A stretch of 64,000 bases of DNA from contig JAEOTP010000012.1 of assembly GCA_016839765.1 (NCBI GenBank), positions 64,001 through 128,000 on the forward strand, read 5' to 3'. This DNA comes from Promethearchaeota archaeon. Its GTDB lineage: Archaea; Asgardarchaeota; Lokiarchaeia; Sigyniarchaeales; SOKP01. Under the pieces are notes generated by a model. That model was not told where the DNA came from. It did no database searches and was given only the letters and a program-made list of their open reading frames with translations. Made by a program: the position numbers and the translations under genes. Shown here one piece after another: positions 28,589 through 38,489 of this stretch (its first letter is position 1; every line of letters begins with the position of its first letter).

Positions 28589-31294
28589 ATGCAGTTAAAA
28601 GCTGTAGTTATAAATAAACTCGATATAACTAAAAAACAAGAAATTAGTTATCCAATTTTACTACCAGCACCAAAGGAGATTACAGAATTTAATGGAAATA
28701 GAGGATTGGTTCTTAATTCTCAAAGTAATATCCAATTTCTGAATGTTGCTAACCCAGATTTTTATTTAAATGATTTAAATGAATCACTGAAATTATTCAC
28801 TGGAGTAAGAATCAAGAGAAAATTTGATGAGCCAGATAATTTGATGCGTACAATCCTAAATGAAGCTTTAATTGATAGCTTACTTGATGTACAAAACGAA
28901 GAGGGATATAATCTTGAAATTGAAAAAAATTTTATATTGATATATAGTATTCATGAAAGGGGGTTATTTTATGGCCTTCAAACTCTTATTCAATTATTAA
29001 AAAATGGCTTTTTATCACAATCGAAATCATTAGATTTACCTAAAGAAGATATTGATGAAATAATTTTGCCAGAAATAAAAATAAGAGATAAACCAGATTT
29101 AGAGATAAGAGGAATTGCACAAGATATTTCTCGAGGACAGTCAATTACCATCGATTTTGCAAAAAGATATATAACCATTCTTAGTCATTACAAAATGAAT
29201 TTTTATTGTATATATATTGAAGATATGTTTTCACATCCAAAATATCCTGTTATTGGTAAGAATCGAGGTGCTTTAACAAAAGAAGAAATTCAAGAAATCG
29301 ATAATTATGCCAAAAAGAGATATATAGAGTTTGTTCCTATATTTGAATGTCTAGGTCACGTAGATAATATATTAACTCATAAGGAATATGAAGACCTTGG
29401 AGAGTATCCTGGAGCTCAATGTTTTAATATTACTAATAAGAAGGTTTTTGAATTTTTAAATGACTTTATATCAGAGTTAAGCAATGCCTTCACAACTAAA
29501 TATTTCCATATTGGATGTGATGAAAGTTTTGATTTTGGAAAATATCGTTCAAAAGAGCTTATAAACCAAATAGGAAAAAGCCAAGCGTACATAGATGTAT
29601 ATGAAAAAATCTATAAAATTGCTAAAGATTGCGGAAAAGAACGCGTAATCATGTATGATGATATAGCAGTAAATGATAATGAAATTTTACAAAATCTGAA
29701 TAAGGATATTATCATAATGTTTTGGGATTATAAACCTAAAGAGAAATATCCTAAAGTAGAAAAATTATTAAACGCTGGATTTAAAGTAATAGTTAGCCCT
29801 TCAATGCTCAATTGGCAAAGACATTTTCCTGATTATAAAAATTCTAGTAAAAACATAATTAATTTAATAAAGACAGCATACGATTATAAAAATAATGGAT
29901 GTCTGGGAGTTTTAACGAGCACTTGGGGGGATTTCCGTTATTATTCATTAAGAGAAAATGAGATATTTGGGGCAGTATTGACGGGTGCAACATCCTGGAA
30001 CTGCCCAAATTTTGATTATGAACACTTTAAACGAAGTTTTGGATTTCTTTTTTATGGCCTTCAAAGTAATTTTTTGGAAATTTTTTATGAAATGTTTAGT
30101 CAATTAAGTAAATCCACATCTTTATATTATAAAATTGGGATATTATTACCATCACTCTTTTATACTTATCTGTTTAAACATCCCTTTCCTTCCAAAAAAT
30201 ATAGATCCTCTTGTAAAAATTATAAAGAACTCGGCTTTATTGGAGAAAAATATCTAGAAATTTATTCTCAACTCAAACCATTTGTAAGATTCGAACAAGA
30301 AAATTTTGAATATATTGAATATAGTGCTGAATTAGCAAAATATCTTAAAGAGAAGATAGAAATATCTGAAAATACATCAAACATTCTAAATAAACGGAGT
30401 CTTAAAAAAGAAGAGATTGCAAATATTATATCAAGCTTAAACTATATTAAAGATAAATTCAATTATTTAAAACTTAAATATGAAAAATTATGGCTAAGAG
30501 CAGCAAAGCGGCCTTGCCTAGATTTTAATTTAAAGTTATTCGATTTTGTTATCAACTGTTATCATGAAAAAACAAATCAATTAAATCAGGGTATTTTTTT
30601 TGAAGATCCATATATAAAATCTGAATGGATATGGGTTAATGAAAAATTGTGTCCGCTACAGCCACGATTTTTCCGAAAAGTCTTTCTAATAAACAATTCA
30701 GTTAAAAAAGCAGTGCTGCAAGGGACTGCTTGTAATCATATGAAAATTTTTTTAAATTCTAAGTTTGTTGGAGAAGTGTTTAGTCGGTTCTCTTTATCAA
30801 TTCTCCCAATTCATAATCGAATTAAAGTTTTTGATATAACGGAGTATCTTAAAGTTGGAACGAATATTATCACTGTCGAAGCTTATAACTATGAAGGTTT
30901 TAAAGGCGCGATAAATATTTTTGGACAAATTCTTTTAAACGATAATACAATTCAAGAAATATATAGTAATCAGACTTGGTTATGTTCTAAAACTGGTAGA
31001 TTAAATGATTTTGATTGGAAAATGTTAGATTACGATGATTCGGATTGGAATAAGGTAAAATCATATGGTACACCCCCTAACCTAAATGGTGATATTTTTA
31101 CACCAGATCTTTTAGATGGTCAAATTCCCTTAACTCAAGACTATTTTGGACTTCAAAGTTTCTTTTTCAACTCTTTAAAAATATTAACTGGCTATTTTTA
31201 TGGAAGAATAAAAAGAATATTGGGATTCATTTTGGTAAAATTAATAAAATCGATAATTAAATTAATTATTAGAAGATTGAAACCTTTTGACTAG
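28589..31294 (+). CDS. GH20 beta-N-acetylhexosaminidase with C-terminal beta-sandwich domain
   Basis: Domain 2 (EGYNLEI..GLFYGLQTL), RGIAQDISRG, VPIFECLGH, catalytic FHIGCDE and WDY. C-terminal SEWIW..RFFRKVF rhamnosidase-N/GH2-like sandwich. Confidence 0.9.
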   Translation: MQLKAVVINKLDITKKQEISYPILLPAPKEITEFNGNRGLVLNSQSNIQFLNVANPDFYLNDLNESLKLFTGVRIKRKFDEPDNLMRTILNEALIDSLLDVQNEEGYNLEIEKNFILIYSIHERGLFYGLQTLIQLLKNGFLSQSKSLDLPKEDIDEIILPEIKIRDKPDLEIRGIAQDISRGQSITIDFAKRYITILSHYKMNFYCIYIEDMFSHPKYPVIGKNRGALTKEEIQEIDNYAKKRYIEFVPIFECLGHVDNILTHKEYEDLGEYPGAQCFNITNKKVFEFLNDFISELSNAFTTKYFHIGCDESFDFGKYRSKELINQIGKSQAYIDVYEKIYKIAKDCGKERVIMYDDIAVNDNEILQNLNKDIIIMFWDYKPKEKYPKVEKLLNAGFKVIVSPSMLNWQRHFPDYKNSSKNIINLIKTAYDYKNNGCLGVLTSTWGDFRYYSLRENEIFGAVLTGATSWNCPNFDYEHFKRSFGFLFYGLQSNFLEIFYEMFSQLSKSTSLYYKIGILLPSLFYTYLFKHPFPSKKYRSSCKNYKELGFIGEKYLEIYSQLKPFVRFEQENFEYIEYSAELAKYLKEKIEISENTSNILNKRSLKKEEIANIISSLNYIKDKFNYLKLKYEKLWLRAAKRPCLDFNLKLFDFVINCYHEKTNQLNQGIFFEDPYIKSEWIWVNEKLCPLQPRFFRKVFLINNSVKKAVLQGTACNHMKIFLNSKFVGEVFSRFSLSILPIHNRIKVFDITEYLKVGTNIITVEAYNYEGFKGAINIFGQILLNDNTIQEIYSNQTWLCSKTGRLNDFDWKMLDYDDSDWNKVKSYGTPPNLNGDIFTPDLLDGQIPLTQDYFGLQSFFFNSLKILTGYFYGRIKRILGFILVKLIKSIIKLIIRRLKPFD

Positions 31295-32080
31295 GTGTTT
31301 ATTATGGATAATATCAGAGAGATTTTAAATAAATTATTGGAGAAAAAATGCTCCGTAGAAGAAGCAGAGAAATTTCTAAAAGCTAATCTTATTGAAGAAG
31401 TTGGAGATTTGGCTAAACTTGATATATTTAGAAAAGTACGTACTGGAGTCGTTGAAGTAATATATGCTGAAAATAAAACCCCTCAAATGGTTTCAGAGAT
31501 AGCCAACAGTTTTTTAAAATCTAATAGATTTACTGTAATCTCAAGGTTCAATGAAGAGCAAAACCAATTCTTAAAGAAAGAATTTGAAAATAATGATAAT
31601 TATGTTTTAAAAATTAATGAATTAGCAAAAATTATGATTATTAAGGAAAAGGATTTTGAATTTGAGAAAAAAGGAGGAGTTGTGGGGATTATCACCGCTG
31701 GAAGTTCAGATATACCAGTTGCAGAAGAAGCAAAAGTAATAGCGGAATCAATGGGGTGTTCTGTAATCACTAGCTATGATTTAGGAATTGCAGGTATCCA
31801 TCGAATTTTCACTCCTCTCAGTGAAATGATAAAGAATGGAGTTCATGTCATCATTGTATGTGCTGGAATGGAAGGTACTTTACCCGGAGTCGTTGCAGCC
31901 CTTGTAGATGTGCCTGTTATCGGTGTTCCCATATCCAGCGGATATGGATTAGGAGAAAAAGGAATTGGAGCTTTAACAACTATGTTACAATCTTGTTCGC
32001 CTGGATTATTGGTAGTAAATATTGATAATGGTTTTGGAGCAGGCGCATCTGCGGCGTTAATAGCTAATAGAACTAGTTGA
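31295..32080 (+). CDS. larB: Nickel-pincer cofactor biosynthesis carboxylase/hydrolase LarB (PurE-like)
   Basis: AKLDIFRKVRTG, AGSSDIPVAEEA, DLGIAGIHR, AGMEGTLP, GYG and VVNIDNGFGA motifs. The start is probably ATG at 31304. Confidence 0.93.
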   Translation: MFIMDNIREILNKLLEKKCSVEEAEKFLKANLIEEVGDLAKLDIFRKVRTGVVEVIYAENKTPQMVSEIANSFLKSNRFTVISRFNEEQNQFLKKEFENNDNYVLKINELAKIMIIKEKDFEFEKKGGVVGIITAGSSDIPVAEEAKVIAESMGCSVITSYDLGIAGIHRIFTPLSEMIKNGVHVIIVCAGMEGTLPGVVAALVDVPVIGVPISSGYGLGEKGIGALTTMLQSCSPGLLVVNIDNGFGAGASAALIANRTS

Positions 32081-32229
32081 ATGTTATCATTAATAGTTAG
32101 AAGAGATTTCTTCCTAATGTTATAGTAATGTGAATTTAGCAACAAGAAAAACTATAAATATTTCAAAAATGAAATCTTTCTTAAATAAAAATTCTAAATT
32201 AAAAAATATATAGAAAAAGGTTGAAATAA

Positions 32230-32871
32230 ATGACTGCCCTTCCCGAAAATTTGCGTGTATTAAATTCCGACCATGGATGGTATATCATCCCTTTACTTGC
32301 CATTGTATTATATATCTACGGAGTTGAGATCAAAAAAGCAAGAGAAACAAATAATTGGAGTACTGTATTTGCTGGATTAACAATACTAGGTCTTGATTTA
32401 ATAAATGAAATTTGGAATGCCCTGATTTTTGCCTTTACAAACTATTCTGCATTTTGGACTACTCCAGGAGCAAGCGCTTATATTATATTAATTGGATGGA
32501 ATATTGAGATTGCTTTCATGTTTTCTATTGCTGGAATTATATTTTCCAAATTTTTACCAGAAGATAAGGATAAAAAAATATTTGGAATTCCAAATCGTTG
32601 GGCAATGGCAATTGGTTTTTCATTATTTTGCTTGATCGTAGAGATTTTTCTCAACTTGGGTGGTTACCTTATCTGGGTATACCCATGGTGGCATTGGACT
32701 TATGGAATAGGTTTGGTGCCAATTTTCTTTTTAGGTTACTTTCATTTTTTCGTTGGCGCGTTCTATGTATATGATAAACGTGAATTAAAGGATAAGATAA
32801 AAGTCGTAGGGATAATTTATGCGATTGGAATAGTTGCTTTATGTATTTTTCTACCGCTTGGTTTAATCTAA
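32230..32871 (+). CDS. Conserved multi-pass membrane protein
   Basis: WYIIPLLA, NEIWNAL and IGWNIEIAFMF segments, about 6-7 TM helices. Confidence 0.75.
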   Translation: MTALPENLRVLNSDHGWYIIPLLAIVLYIYGVEIKKARETNNWSTVFAGLTILGLDLINEIWNALIFAFTNYSAFWTTPGASAYIILIGWNIEIAFMFSIAGIIFSKFLPEDKDKKIFGIPNRWAMAIGFSLFCLIVEIFLNLGGYLIWVYPWWHWTYGIGLVPIFFLGYFHFFVGAFYVYDKRELKDKIKVVGIIYAIGIVALCIFLPLGLI

Positions 32872-32909
32872 ATTCCATTATTTTTTTTAAATATAAAGTC
32901 ATCATACCT

Positions 32910-33659
32910 TTAAATAAACTGATGTCCACATTCAGTGCAAAAATTCGCATTAGGAATTTCAATTTTTGTTCCACATTCTGGACAATAATTAAAGTCACCT
33001 GTTGTTACAGGCGCTATCATTTCACTTGTTAATATTGGTTTTTCTGCTTTGGGCATCTTTTCTGGGGCTATAATTTTTTCTGTGACTTCGACTTTTCTTG
33101 GGATTTTAATTAGTTCTTCTTTTGAATAATGATGGGTCACTCCTATACTAATAAAACTCAATCCTGCTGCTATAAACCCTCCAATAATTCCAAAACCAAT
33201 ATAGTGTAACGGCGTGTCTCCAATATAATGAAATCTCCAAAATGATAATATATTACCTGGAAGACTAAGTCCTAAAAAATCTTCGGTTGGAAAGAATAAA
33301 GGGACTAACACTAGCCATAAGATTTCGCCGGCAATGATGAGTATAGCAGTAAATATTGAGATATCTCTCATATTTTTGAACTCTGTTCGTCCTAATCGAA
33401 GTTTAATAGCATATACTATGAGGACAATTCCACCTGTTCCGATAAGAATTGAACTAATATATGAGGGGTGTATAATTTGACCCATAAATCCCCTGATATG
33501 AATATCCAAAAGTGGATCATCCAAAACATAGTAACCCCATAACCAAAGAAAATCTTTTGTTCCACCGTAGGTCATAAAAGTTGCAGGAGTAAAAACTGAT
33601 ATTATAACTAAAATTCCTGCTATTAACGGAATAATAAATATATTTCTTGGTTCATCCAT
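32910..33659 (-). CDS. Four-TM membrane protein with C-terminal cytoplasmic zinc ribbon
   Basis: Four TM segments, Pro/Lys/Glu linker, then YCPECG..FCTECG. Confidence 0.8.
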   Translation of the reverse strand: MDEPRNIFIIPLIAGILVIISVFTPATFMTYGGTKDFLWLWGYYVLDDPLLDIHIRGFMGQIIHPSYISSILIGTGGIVLIVYAIKLRLGRTEFKNMRDISIFTAILIIAGEILWLVLVPLFFPTEDFLGLSLPGNILSFWRFHYIGDTPLHYIGFGIIGGFIAAGLSFISIGVTHHYSKEELIKIPRKVEVTEKIIAPEKMPKAEKPILTSEMIAPVTTGDFNYCPECGTKIEIPNANFCTECGHQFI

Positions 33660-34028
33660 AAATCATCAAATAAAACTTTTATAATATTTTTTAAGAGTAT
33701 GACACATATATTAAATTTATGTACATTACTGTCTTACCTGTTGTGATTTTATCATTTATCAATTGATAAAAGACCATGATAATTTGGGATTTGTATAAAC
33801 GAATATTTGAACAAATTTACTTAAAGCCCAGCTATAAATTTATTAAAAATTAGACCGTAATTTCTTAAGAACCACTTCTTGTTTCTGAAAAACATAGTTT
33901 CGAAACATTTTCAGATATAAAACACATATTTTCGAAGAATAGGAAAATATAAATATGTAGATCAATATAGATCATATTGATACTAATTCTATTTTAAATC
34001 TACAGAAAAAAAATCGTGTACTAAGTAG

Positions 34029-34571
34029 TTGAGACCTATGGTCGCAACCGTTGAGGATTTTGAAAGATCAAAAGAATTTTTTGAGAGTGGCGATATACTC
34101 AATACAATAGAAAGTTATGAAAAAGCGATAAATCAAATCGAACGCACAAAAGCAATTAACAAAGAAGAATTAATCGACTTTCTTAATAAAATTTTAAAAC
34201 ATTGTCAAGAAAATAATCTTAAAAACGAAGAAGCGATGGTTCTTAGAGCTTTAGGAAGAACATATACTAAATTTAAACAATATCCATTGGGTTTAAAATA
34301 TTCTTATCAATCTCTAAAGATCCAAAAGAAATTAGGTAAAAAGCTGGATATAGCGGAGAGTTTAGTCTTTTTAGCTGAGGATCTTGAGGTTTCAAGTAAT
34401 TATGATGAATGTGTCAAAACATTTAGTGAAGCTGCAGAAATTTATCGCGAATTAGGGAAACTGAGAAAAGAAAAAGAGGTAAAAAAAGAAATTTCTCGAT
34501 TAAAAGAATTCTTAAAAGAAATGACAGAGGATGAGTATCTACTGCATAAATTTAACATTGATAAATTCTAA
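34029..34571 (+). CDS. Tetratricopeptide-repeat protein
   Basis: EAMVLRALGRTY..YQSLKIQKKLG and IAESLVFLA..FSEAAEIYRELG repeats. The start is probably ATG at 34038. Confidence 0.8.
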   Translation: MRPMVATVEDFERSKEFFESGDILNTIESYEKAINQIERTKAINKEELIDFLNKILKHCQENNLKNEEAMVLRALGRTYTKFKQYPLGLKYSYQSLKIQKKLGKKLDIAESLVFLAEDLEVSSNYDECVKTFSEAAEIYRELGKLRKEKEVKKEISRLKEFLKEMTEDEYLLHKFNIDKF

Positions 34572-34646
34572 ATTAAAATAACATATCGAAGATATATCTA
34601 AAATCTCTCCTTTTTTTTAATATTTTTTTTAAAACCTTCTAATGAA

Positions 34647-35936
34647 CTATATTTTATAATTTTCATATAAATTTTTTAGTTTACTTTGAGCATAAATAAG
34701 GATTTCTTTAACTGAACGCCCAGTTAACGAACTAATTTTTTTTAAATCTTCATATTCAGGTTTTATATTAACTACTTTTTTATCTTTTCCTGTTTGGAAG
34801 TAAGAGACTTTATATCTTACATCATATTCATCTTCATTAATTTGAATTTTTGTCATAATAATTTCTCTATCAATACAAACTCTTTTCATGGTGTTAAATC
34901 TTACTCCAAGAGTGCCTAATTCACTTAATATAGTTTCAATTATTTCAAAGTTATTCTCAGGACGGCAGAGTACTTTAATTACGTGGCTTGGTCTATTTTT
35001 TTTAGTAATGCTTGGTATAACTTGAATATCAAGAACTTCTTTAGTTTCTAAGGTTTTAATAAAATTACCTATAAGTTCTCCTGATATATCATCCACATCT
35101 GTCTCTAAAATAGTGACATCCTCAATGTATTTCTGGAGAGGACTGTGAAGAGATTTGGTTTCAAGATAGGAGCTTTCACCATAGAAAATTCGCAATATAT
35201 TTAGAAAGTCCTTAAACTCTTTCTCTCCAGTGCTATATACAACTTTTTCAAGAATCATTTCATTGGGATAAATCAAGTAATTGGGATTTAAATTCACAAG
35301 TAAAGCGGCTCCGGTGGGTGTTACTAACTCGCTTTCAATAGGACCATTTACTACAACCAGATCTGATTGTTCTAGTATTCTTATAGTGGCAGGTGCGGGA
35401 ATTGCTAGGATTCCATGAGCAGTTTTAACTTTTCCTGCTCCTAAAGGTAATTTGCTACAAAATATTTTAAAATCCGCCTCAAAACATCCTAATTTATCTA
35501 AAGTTTTTGTAACACCTAAAATATCTACCAAGGTATCCACAGAACTTAATTCATGAAGATGTATGTTTTCTATTAAATTATCATGTACTTCTGCTTCTGC
35601 TTGGAATAATGTTTCTAAAACGTTAATAGCATAATTTTTTGCCGATTCTGAATACTTTTTTTCATTTAAAAAGGTTTGTAAAGCATTTTTTAAACTCTTA
35701 GAGGATCTTTGGTGTTTATTTTCCTCAATATTTAGTTTAAGTTGATTAACCATTATTCCAGTTCTCTTAACTTTTACCAGATCTATTTCCAGTTTCTTAA
35801 CTCCCTTCAAATAATTTTTTAGTTCAATAAGTTCATCTATTACGTTCTTAGGGTTGGATATTAATTCTAAGAGTGAAGCTAAAAACATATCCCCAGAAAT
35901 TCCAGAATTAGAAGCATCAATATATAATGATTTCAT
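34647..35936 (-). CDS. larC: Nickel-pincer cofactor nickel insertase LarC (single ORF)
   Basis: SGISGDMFL, AEAEVH, HLHE, TAHG..PAPAT, ELVTPTGAA, LETDVDD, KKNRP, TLGVR and KPEYED motifs. Confidence 0.95.
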   Translation of the reverse strand: MKSLYIDASNSGISGDMFLASLLELISNPKNVIDELIELKNYLKGVKKLEIDLVKVKRTGIMVNQLKLNIEENKHQRSSKSLKNALQTFLNEKKYSESAKNYAINVLETLFQAEAEVHDNLIENIHLHELSSVDTLVDILGVTKTLDKLGCFEADFKIFCSKLPLGAGKVKTAHGILAIPAPATIRILEQSDLVVVNGPIESELVTPTGAALLVNLNPNYLIYPNEMILEKVVYSTGEKEFKDFLNILRIFYGESSYLETKSLHSPLQKYIEDVTILETDVDDISGELIGNFIKTLETKEVLDIQVIPSITKKNRPSHVIKVLCRPENNFEIIETILSELGTLGVRFNTMKRVCIDREIIMTKIQINEDEYDVRYKVSYFQTGKDKKVVNIKPEYEDLKKISSLTGRSVKEILIYAQSKLKNLYENYKI

Positions 35937-36097
35937 TTATTCTTTCACTTTTTCATGAAATGTAATTACATTTTCTTAATTGGCTATAAGGATAAATTGT
36001 CAATACTAAAAAAATAAATTCTAATTCTTTTATGATAATTATATAAGTATTATTATCTAATAATGTTAAATTAAACTAATAATTTTAGGACACTATA

Positions 36098-36832
36098 ATG
36101 AGTGAACTCCAAACTATCAAATGTTATTTAAATCAATTACCAGCCACATTAATAAAAATATTGGGTATTGACCCTCCTTTCGATACTATTCCAGAACCAG
36201 TTGATTCCATTACTGAGTTATATCAGGGTATTGAAAGAATCGTTATAATTCTTATAGACAATTTCGGCTTGTTTGAGCTCACATTTCATAAACCCGAATT
36301 CATGATAAGGCAATCACAAATGATGTTATTGTTATCTACTAAGAATCCCTATACATTAGGAGTTTTACATCAAATTCTCTATGGTGGATTCGAAAAAGAA
36401 CCAAATGGATTTCATCTATTGCGATTTCTTAATAATAATGGAAAAAAATCATGTTTCATTGGAAGGAAAAAGGATTTAGCCAGATATGACGGTGGTACAT
36501 ATTCGGTTGCTAAAGATACTGACATGGCAACGTGGATTGAAAGCGCTAAGACAATCAATAATTATGATTTTTCATGGATGCATTATTTAGATTTCGAAAA
36601 TTTACATAAACAGCAACAAGCTTTAAAGCAAAGAACACCTGAAGATTTAATCGAAAAATTAATTTTACGTACGGATAAATGGATTTTAGGAAATTATAAA
36701 CAATTAAGACCTAATTCTTTAATGATAATTTTAGGAGATCATGGTCGGGTAAAGTTAGATTTAGAATATTCTGGCAAAATTGCTCAATGGCGTGAGGCCT
36801 CGGTACCTGTTGCTATTTTGATCGCTAAATAG
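36098..36832 (+). CDS. Compact alkaline-phosphatase-superfamily (NPP/PglZ-like) protein
   Basis: IILIDNFG, PYT, HYLDFENLH, ILGDHG and terminal VPV motifs. Lacks a cap domain. Confidence 0.65.
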   Translation: MSELQTIKCYLNQLPATLIKILGIDPPFDTIPEPVDSITELYQGIERIVIILIDNFGLFELTFHKPEFMIRQSQMMLLLSTKNPYTLGVLHQILYGGFEKEPNGFHLLRFLNNNGKKSCFIGRKKDLARYDGGTYSVAKDTDMATWIESAKTINNYDFSWMHYLDFENLHKQQQALKQRTPEDLIEKLILRTDKWILGNYKQLRPNSLMIILGDHGRVKLDLEYSGKIAQWREASVPVAILIAK

Positions 36833-36969
36833 GAAAATATACAACAAGTTTTACAATAATAATGATTACAAGGTACTATGTAAAGATTCGAGAAAGAGAA
36901 TATTCTAACCATTATCTTTTTTAAGTAAAAATAATTCAATATAAAGTCTTAGCAACAAAAAAAGAAATT

Positions 36970-37518
36970 TTGCGAAATATGGAGGAATATAAACGTTTTA
37001 CAATTTCTCTTCCTAAAGAATTATACAACGAGTTTGAGTTATTTAGAAAGACCCTTGATATCTCTAGATCAGATGCAATTAGGAAAGCAATGAAAGCTCT
37101 AATGATAAGTGAAGAAAACATATCAATTTCCTCTGGAAATGTTGTGGGTTGTATCTCTATAATAATGGCTCATAAACATTTCGAGCATAAAGAAAATCAT
37201 GCGGATATAAAAGAAGAAGATGAATTAGATGATCATTCTCATACCATAGATCATGATCATACCTATCATAACCACGATTATGGTTCAAGACCTATTTACT
37301 CAAATATTCAACAAACAGATGAAATATTAAAAACTGATATACAACATCATTTTCATGATATTATCATTTCTACATTACATGTTCATTTAGAGTTTGAAAA
37401 ATGCTTAGAAATTATCGCAGTTTCAGGACCATATGAACGTGTGAAAAAGTTAAAAGACGATCTTCAAAGATTAAAAAGTGTAATCTCAGTTGGCTTTTTC
37501 ATAATTGACAAAGAATAG
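36970..37518 (+). CDS. nikR: Nickel-responsive regulator NikR (RHH + ACT) with His-rich insertion
   Basis: RFTISLP..SRSDAIRKAM RHH. Metal ligands IQHHFH, LHVHL and KCLE. The start is probably ATG at 36979. Confidence 0.88.
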   Translation: MRNMEEYKRFTISLPKELYNEFELFRKTLDISRSDAIRKAMKALMISEENISISSGNVVGCISIIMAHKHFEHKENHADIKEEDELDDHSHTIDHDHTYHNHDYGSRPIYSNIQQTDEILKTDIQHHFHDIIISTLHVHLEFEKCLEIIAVSGPYERVKKLKDDLQRLKSVISVGFFIIDKE

Positions 37519-37860
37519 ATATAGGATTAGTATCCATAATAAGCTGAATGATAAAGTAATTGATTGCTCTATAAGTAAAAGGAGAGAAAGTAGAATAAAA
37601 AATTCTACTTAATTAAGAGTAGAATTAAAGGATAAGGCGATTTTTTGAGAATTTTTTATTCTATTATTGTGTGTGTAATATTTATAGAGTATAAAAAGAC
37701 TCATTTAAATGAAAATACAGTGATGGATTAATAATTTGTTTGAAAAGTTTCTTTTTGAATCTTTATCAGTAACAGGTAAAATTGGAAAAAAAATAGTAAA
37801 GTAAATAAATTTTAAAAAAAATGTAAAATTTTTATCTTTTATCTAATCAACCTATTTCGT

Positions 37861-38058
37861 CTATAAATCTCTCTCCTGAACCGTTTTTCGGTTATTTGCC
37901 TTTGCACGCGCGACAGCCTTTTCTAAAAGCTCTATAAGAATGGAATTTAGTTTATTTCCATCAAGGACCTCGCTGGCTGTGTTACAATTCTTAGATTTTA
38001 TGTATTCCTTTACTTTGCTCTTAACGAAAAGGGTTTCTACTGCTGGTTTTTTAGCCAT
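37861..38058 (-). CDS. Histone-fold protein, probably face-to-face (non-HMf) alpha3 type
   Basis: LFVKSKVKEYIKS helix 1, long helix 2 ending AVARAKANNRKTVQERDL. Strong GGAGG SD at 38071-38067. Confidence 0.85.
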   Translation of the reverse strand: MAKKPAVETLFVKSKVKEYIKSKNCNTASEVLDGNKLNSILIELLEKAVARAKANNRKTVQERDL

Positions 38059-38489
38059 TTTTTATTCCTCCTTTTATTAAAATTTTTATTCTTATTATTG
38101 GTTTAAAATATTTTAAAATAAATTTGTATTTAAAATATAATTCTCTTAGCTTATATTTAAACTTAGTTGAAAAACCATCATAGAAGGTTAATATTATCGG
38201 TCTAATCTTATTTTAGAAAAAACAATTCCTTACGCGGTCTAGCCTTGGATTTTAAAGTTTGACAAATTAATCAATCATAAAAATAACCATTTCAATGAAA
38301 CCTCTTTTAAAAGAAGGTATTTTTAAAATTTTTAAGAAATTCTAAATAGAACGTGAGGAAACATATGAAAAAAATGATATGTTAGATTCTAATTGACTAA
38401 AGGGTTTAATTATTATAACTTCTAGCATATAATAAATTAATTCAGTTAATTATTCTTAATTCAAATTCATTTGATTAGGAAAATAATGA

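Noticed and set aside
33697-33724. GTATGA-N16 half-site resembling the E. coli NikR operator
   Set aside because: The second half-site matches only 3 of 6 bases, and the site is not upstream of a nickel gene.
34029-34571. TPR protein as an alpha-SNAP homologue next to trafficking-like genes
   Set aside because: The repeats are generic TPR-like, the protein is too short, and there are no SNAP-specific features.
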